From positions 1 to 50,183 of the IMG/VR virus record IMGVR_UViG_3300009085_000039: a stretch of 50,183 nucleotides of DNA. One strand, given 5' to 3'. A program made the position numbers and the translations under genes. The notes beneath the pieces were generated by a model. It saw nothing but the letters and a program-made list of their open reading frames with translations, was not told the origin of the DNA and searched no databases. Of this stretch, positions 45,459-50,183 are shown piece by piece; the stretch's first letter is position 1, and each line of letters opens with the position of its first letter. The stretch is from a virus. Lineage: Duplodnaviria; Caudoviricetes.

Positions 45459-48400
45459 TGGGTGCGTTTGATGATTTGATCCCATCTTCCGAATCCGCTT
45501 CCGGCGCATTTACTGACTTGATCCCAAGTTCTGAGGGGATAGCTGGATCATTCGATGATCTCATTCCCAAACCCAAAGAAGAGGGTATCGTTGATACCGC
45601 TTTAAGATATGGTGAGAACGCTATGGACTTCTCAAAAGAAGTGGGGAAGACCATAGCGGATGTCCCGGTGCAGTTGGTTACGATGCCAGCGGCTTGGATG
45701 GGCGGGGTAGCAACAGAAGCAATAACCAAAGCAATCACTGGTGATCCAGAAAAAACAGCAGAATATAAAGATATTGTATCTCGCGGTCTATCAGTAGAGC
45801 CTATGAGCAAGGTCGGGAAGTATGTCATGGAAAAGGCAGAACCAGTTTTCCAAGGCGTATCTAACTTTGCAACCGAAGTTACCGAACCGATAAGACGTGA
45901 CCCCCTGCTTGGTGGTTCTCATTCGCCTGTACCTGAATTGGCAAAGGCGGCAGTTGAATTGTATCTCTTTAAGAAGGCCGGTGATGTTGGCAAGAAAGGC
46001 GCAAAAGCCATTGACCTTCGGGGTATGAAAGAAGGTCTTGATGTTACCCGTCCAACGGAACTTGAGATAGTCCGTCCCGAGTCCGGTCAGATACCCCTTG
46101 AAAGGCCTAAAATCGTCCTTGAAGCGAAAGAACCTGTTAAACCCGTACCGGAAGCCATTAAAGAGGAGATCGTTCCTCTTGATGCCACTACACCCCCTCT
46201 GGAAGTCAAAGAAGAGGTAGTTTCCGAAGTTTCTCCGAAGCGTCCTGTATGGGACATGCACCGATCAGAGGTAAATGAAAACGCACCCGCGACACTCAGA
46301 AAGACCGACGAAGGGAAATTCTATCTTGAGAAAGAAGATGGGACGCTGGTTCAGAACCCCAAAACAAAAAACGCTTTATTCGATAACGGGGATTACGCCT
46401 TTGACGAGTATTACAAGCAGGAACTTAACGGCGCATTGAAACGGGGTGAACCTGTTCGTGCGGATATTTACGAAGAGATTTCATGGCTGAAAGAACAGGA
46501 AGTCGAAACACCTGTGTCTAAACGCAGCCCTCAGAATATCGTCACAAGGATTAACGTGCCAGACGACATGGGGAATTACGGGATTAACCTTGGGAAATCC
46601 TATAACCCAACAGAGTTAAGAGAGTTCCCTGACCTCAATAGGACGATAAACCAAAAGAACGGATTGCACCCTGACGAATGGGCGACCATACTCAATTCCG
46701 AAGGCTATAAAACCAGAACCGGAGAACCTTGGACGGCAGATACCTTGATCGAGTCGCTTAAAACAGGTGAGGGAAGGGACTTACTAAATCCAGAGAAGGC
46801 CGATGTCTTAACCGAACGAAAATTCAAAACTCAGGAACAGGAGGCTATTGAAAGAGGTATCGAAGCAGAAAATCAAGGAGTGCCGTTTGATGTTCCTGGT
46901 GAAAAGCCAAGGGGTTTGGCTAAAAGTATTGAAGATGCGGCTCTTGAAAAAGCGTTGATACAAGAACGAGGTGACTTGGGGAAACTTCCTACTTATGGTG
47001 AACGGAACATGCAAGAGATTCACCAGATAGTTAAGGAGTTTGTTGACTTAAACAGAGAGAAAGCATTTAAGATAGTTGAAACCGGGAGAGATGCACCGGA
47101 AGGACTGTACCCTGAAGATATATTTACGGGGTTAAGGGTAAAAGCAGAACTTGAAGGCGATGTCCCTACTCTTCAAAGGTTATTGGAATCACCGTTAGTT
47201 ACGGAAGGGACAACGATGGGGCAAAGGATACAAGCCCTTGACTCTGGTGAACGAACTCCTTTTGGTGACATGAAAGATATTGCGAATACGAGGGCTAATA
47301 GGGTTGAAAAGACCACCGGGAAGAAACCATCACCTCAAGTTGTCTTGGAGGCGCAGAAGCGTTTAGACCTTGCCGAAAAAGCCCTTGAGAGAGTTGAGAA
47401 TAAAAAAGCACTTCAAGCGTTCAACGAAACCCATGCGGCACTGACCAACCCTAAAACACCGATTGATAGAAAACCTACCGTGTACGGGGCTAAGAACAAA
47501 CTCGTCACGAAGGATATGTATGATTTAATAAGGAAGGAGTTAAAAGAGAGTTTCAGGGGGACTAAATTAAGCATGGGTCCGGACCTTGATCTTGCGGTAA
47601 AGGCAGGTCTTTATCATCTTGAAGCGGGTGCAAGGGAGTTTAAGGCATGGTCTGAGAGGATGGTTGCGGATGCCGGGGAGAAGATAAGGCCGTTCCTTGA
47701 CGACCTTTGGAAAAGGACTAAAGCTGATTTCCATAAACTTTCGATAGACGATTTGAAGGGTAAGATTTCCAATCGATTGGAAAAGGGTAAAGACCTGTCC
47801 GAACTTAGTCCCTATGTCAATGCGATTGCAAAACAATTCATCGAGGAGGGTGTAAGGCGCAAGGGAGAACTTGTAAAGTCAGTCCATAAGGTTCTCAAAG
47901 AAGTTATGCCCGAAGTCACTCCGAGAGAAACGATGGACGCTATTTCGGGGTATGGACAATGGCGCAAGTTAAAGCATACCGAAGTTCTTGATACTCTCAG
48001 GGAGATGAAAGCAGAACTCCAAGACGTTGCCAAACTGGTTGACTTGAAAAAGAAAGGCACATTCAGCCTCACAGGACACGAAAGACAAGCAAAGACAGAT
48101 GCTCAGAGGATACTTGAAAAGAAAGTAAACGAATACAAAAAGAAATACGGGCTACAGGATGTCAATCGGGAGTCACTTAACAAATCGGCACTTCAAGCGA
48201 TTAAGACCAGACTTGAGAATGAGATAAAAGACCTCAACACCCAGATTGAAACCGGAAAGAAGATAATCAAGAATAAAACCCAAGTGAATTGGGATAAGGA
48301 AGCACTTGATCTAAAAGCTAAACGTGATGAACGAAAAGCAGTCTTTGATGAATTATTCGGCAAGCCTCAAATTACCGATGCACAGAAAATAGACCGAGCC

Positions 48401-50155
48401 ATAAAAGTCACCGAAAAATGGATTGTGGAATACCAGCGCAAGATTGAAGCCGGTGACATCACCCCTATAAACAAGAGAGAGGTGTTACATTCAACCAAAC
48501 TCGATGCCCTGAGATTGGAACGTGAGAAATTAAAGGATAGGTTACAGGAACTCCGCAACCTGAAGAATCCGAAGAAAACACCCGAAGAGATTACGCTTCA
48601 GAGATTGAAGACACGGTTGGAGAACGAAACCAAAAGATACAACGAAAAGATGAAGAATCTTGATTTTGAGGTTAACCCCAAGAAACCAACTGAGTTGGAC
48701 ATTAAAGGACAGATACTTAAAAAAGAACGGGATAGGGCAAAAAGAGACTTTGACAATGCTTCCAACGCTTCTGTAAATAAAGATGAGATGGAGAACATCT
48801 TGAAGATGTCCAAAGAGATCACCGAAGCAGAGAAGCGTGATCTTGCTAAGTATGGGAAGGATGGACAATGGGCAGAATATGGTTCTGCTAAACGAGCCTA
48901 CGATAAATACGTTCAAGCTCTTAAAGAGGGGGATAGAACATTCACAAAAGAAATAACGGATAGGATACAAAGGGCAAAAACAGAATATAAGGAAAATCCG
49001 TCTTTGGCTACTCTTAATATCCTTAAAGACATAGGGCATGAGATAGCAGATAACTCTGTAGCAATGGCGGCATCTTTCGATTTAAGTTTTGTGGGTCGGC
49101 AGGGCTTTTTTACTGCTTTAACACATCCATCGGCATGGCTTAAAGGGTTTAAGGTGATGATGCACTCTTTTGTCAAAGAGTTTGGTGTAAATGGTGCTAT
49201 GGATGCTTATCTGTCTAACGTATTCAGCAGACCGAATTATCGTAATGGGCTTTACCAAAAGGCGGGTGTTCTGTCGATGACGGAAGAAGTTTACCCTACT
49301 TCTCGTCCAGGGAAAATTCCGGTTATTGGAAAAGTATTCAACGCAAGTCAAGCGGCGTTTCAAACTGCTGGAATTGAAATGCGAACAAGGGCAATGGACA
49401 TTATAGCTGAAATCCAAAAACAGAATAAAATAGACCCATTTGGTAAGGATCAGGCGGAATCAGTAGGGACTTTAATAAATAGTCTTACTTATAGAGGGAA
49501 ATGGGGGGAACGGGGTGTTGCTCCATCCATAAAACTATTGCTGTGGGCACCGAATATTATCAAGGGACAATGGGATATATTAACGGCCCATACGGGCGGG
49601 GCAGGGCTTAGAACATCGTTTGCTCGTCAACAGGCAAGAATGAATCTTTATAAAATAACAGGTGAAATGGTAGCGTTTGCTACGATAGCAAATATGTTAA
49701 GCCCTGGTAGTGCCGAGATAAATCCGACAAGCAGTGCATTTGGGACTGTAAAGGTAGGGGATGAGCATATCGACTACACGGCAGGGGCAAGAACACCCAT
49801 TATCGCATTTGCAAAATTTATTACGGGTAAAGAAAAGAACATAACAACAGGGATGACAAAAGACCTTGAATGGGGTTTTGGAAAGAGAAAAAGATTAAAT
49901 ATTCCTATAGATTTTGCCTTGTCTAAATTCAATCCCGTTGCCGGTGTTGTGAGAGATTGGGCAAGGGATGAGTTTTACGGAGGAGAAAAATTCAGTTGGT
50001 TAGGAGGTTTCTATCGGGCATATACACCTATCCTTGGTCAACAAACGGCACAATCTGCCGAACAGGGGATGACTCCATCAAGAGTATTGGGGATAGGCTT
50101 AGAAGGATTCGGCGTTGGGACACCACAAATAGGGACACCTTGGATACGGAGATAA
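45458..50155 (+). CDS. Large internal virion (ejection/polyvalent-type) protein
   Basis: 1565 aa, coiled-coil rich; N-terminal (G)xFxDLIP x3; C-terminal FALSKFNPVAG...EFYG motif typical of large podophage ejection proteins. Confidence 0.65.
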   Translation: MGAFDDLIPSSESASGAFTDLIPSSEGIAGSFDDLIPKPKEEGIVDTALRYGENAMDFSKEVGKTIADVPVQLVTMPAAWMGGVATEAITKAITGDPEKTAEYKDIVSRGLSVEPMSKVGKYVMEKAEPVFQGVSNFATEVTEPIRRDPLLGGSHSPVPELAKAAVELYLFKKAGDVGKKGAKAIDLRGMKEGLDVTRPTELEIVRPESGQIPLERPKIVLEAKEPVKPVPEAIKEEIVPLDATTPPLEVKEEVVSEVSPKRPVWDMHRSEVNENAPATLRKTDEGKFYLEKEDGTLVQNPKTKNALFDNGDYAFDEYYKQELNGALKRGEPVRADIYEEISWLKEQEVETPVSKRSPQNIVTRINVPDDMGNYGINLGKSYNPTELREFPDLNRTINQKNGLHPDEWATILNSEGYKTRTGEPWTADTLIESLKTGEGRDLLNPEKADVLTERKFKTQEQEAIERGIEAENQGVPFDVPGEKPRGLAKSIEDAALEKALIQERGDLGKLPTYGERNMQEIHQIVKEFVDLNREKAFKIVETGRDAPEGLYPEDIFTGLRVKAELEGDVPTLQRLLESPLVTEGTTMGQRIQALDSGERTPFGDMKDIANTRANRVEKTTGKKPSPQVVLEAQKRLDLAEKALERVENKKALQAFNETHAALTNPKTPIDRKPTVYGAKNKLVTKDMYDLIRKELKESFRGTKLSMGPDLDLAVKAGLYHLEAGAREFKAWSERMVADAGEKIRPFLDDLWKRTKADFHKLSIDDLKGKISNRLEKGKDLSELSPYVNAIAKQFIEEGVRRKGELVKSVHKVLKEVMPEVTPRETMDAISGYGQWRKLKHTEVLDTLREMKAELQDVAKLVDLKKKGTFSLTGHERQAKTDAQRILEKKVNEYKKKYGLQDVNRESLNKSALQAIKTRLENEIKDLNTQIETGKKIIKNKTQVNWDKEALDLKAKRDERKAVFDELFGKPQITDAQKIDRAIKVTEKWIVEYQRKIEAGDITPINKREVLHSTKLDALRLEREKLKDRLQELRNLKNPKKTPEEITLQRLKTRLENETKRYNEKMKNLDFEVNPKKPTELDIKGQILKKERDRAKRDFDNASNASVNKDEMENILKMSKEITEAEKRDLAKYGKDGQWAEYGSAKRAYDKYVQALKEGDRTFTKEITDRIQRAKTEYKENPSLATLNILKDIGHEIADNSVAMAASFDLSFVGRQGFFTALTHPSAWLKGFKVMMHSFVKEFGVNGAMDAYLSNVFSRPNYRNGLYQKAGVLSMTEEVYPTSRPGKIPVIGKVFNASQAAFQTAGIEMRTRAMDIIAEIQKQNKIDPFGKDQAESVGTLINSLTYRGKWGERGVAPSIKLLLWAPNIIKGQWDILTAHTGGAGLRTSFARQQARMNLYKITGEMVAFATIANMLSPGSAEINPTSSAFGTVKVGDEHIDYTAGARTPIIAFAKFITGKEKNITTGMTKDLEWGFGKRKRLNIPIDFALSKFNPVAGVVRDWARDEFYGGEKFSWLGGFYRAYTPILGQQTAQSAEQGMTPSRVLGIGLEGFGVGTPQIGTPWIRR

Positions 50156-50183
50156 AAAGGGGGCTTGTAAAAGCAAATAATAG

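Noticed and set aside
27368-49417. Other long antisense ORFs (e.g. 27368-27916, 31154-31753, 48542-49039) as further dual-coding genes
   Set aside because: Unlike 26418-27020, they show no recognisable domain and have typical shadow-frame composition
1-50183. Stop-codon recoding (TAG readthrough genome-wide)
   Set aside because: Long genes are intact under the standard code, TAG ends genes such as the capsid gene, and no suppressor tRNA was seen

Overview
The window looks like a complete, circularly permuted ~50 kb dsDNA tailed phage genome with podovirus-like organisation (no tape measure; adaptor, tail-tube and large ejection proteins). Order: tail fibre/adhesin genes (1-6.7 kb), lysis genes (6.7-8.6 kb), a promoter-driven structured region (8.7-9.2 kb), a leftward early operon of small genes, exonuclease and SSB-like protein (9.2-15.0 kb), a divergent switch, initiator plus primase-helicase and a NinG-like nuclease (15.3-19.8 kb), a DUF932-like gene with a second switch, an amidoligase/glutamine amidotransferase operon (21.8-23.9 kb), then the late operon (terminase, portal, scaffold, capsid, modification enzymes, tail, ejection proteins; 24.5-50.2 kb). 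I recognised no integrase, DNA polymerase, tRNA or CRISPR array. The most striking feature is a 304-aa intein inserted just after the Walker A lysine of the large terminase. It has no endonuclease in its own frame, but an intact 200-aa HNH homing endonuclease gene lies on the opposite strand with its own Shine-Dalgarno site and a candidate promoter, so about 600 bp are open on both strands. All product calls are from motif recognition by eye; no searches were run.
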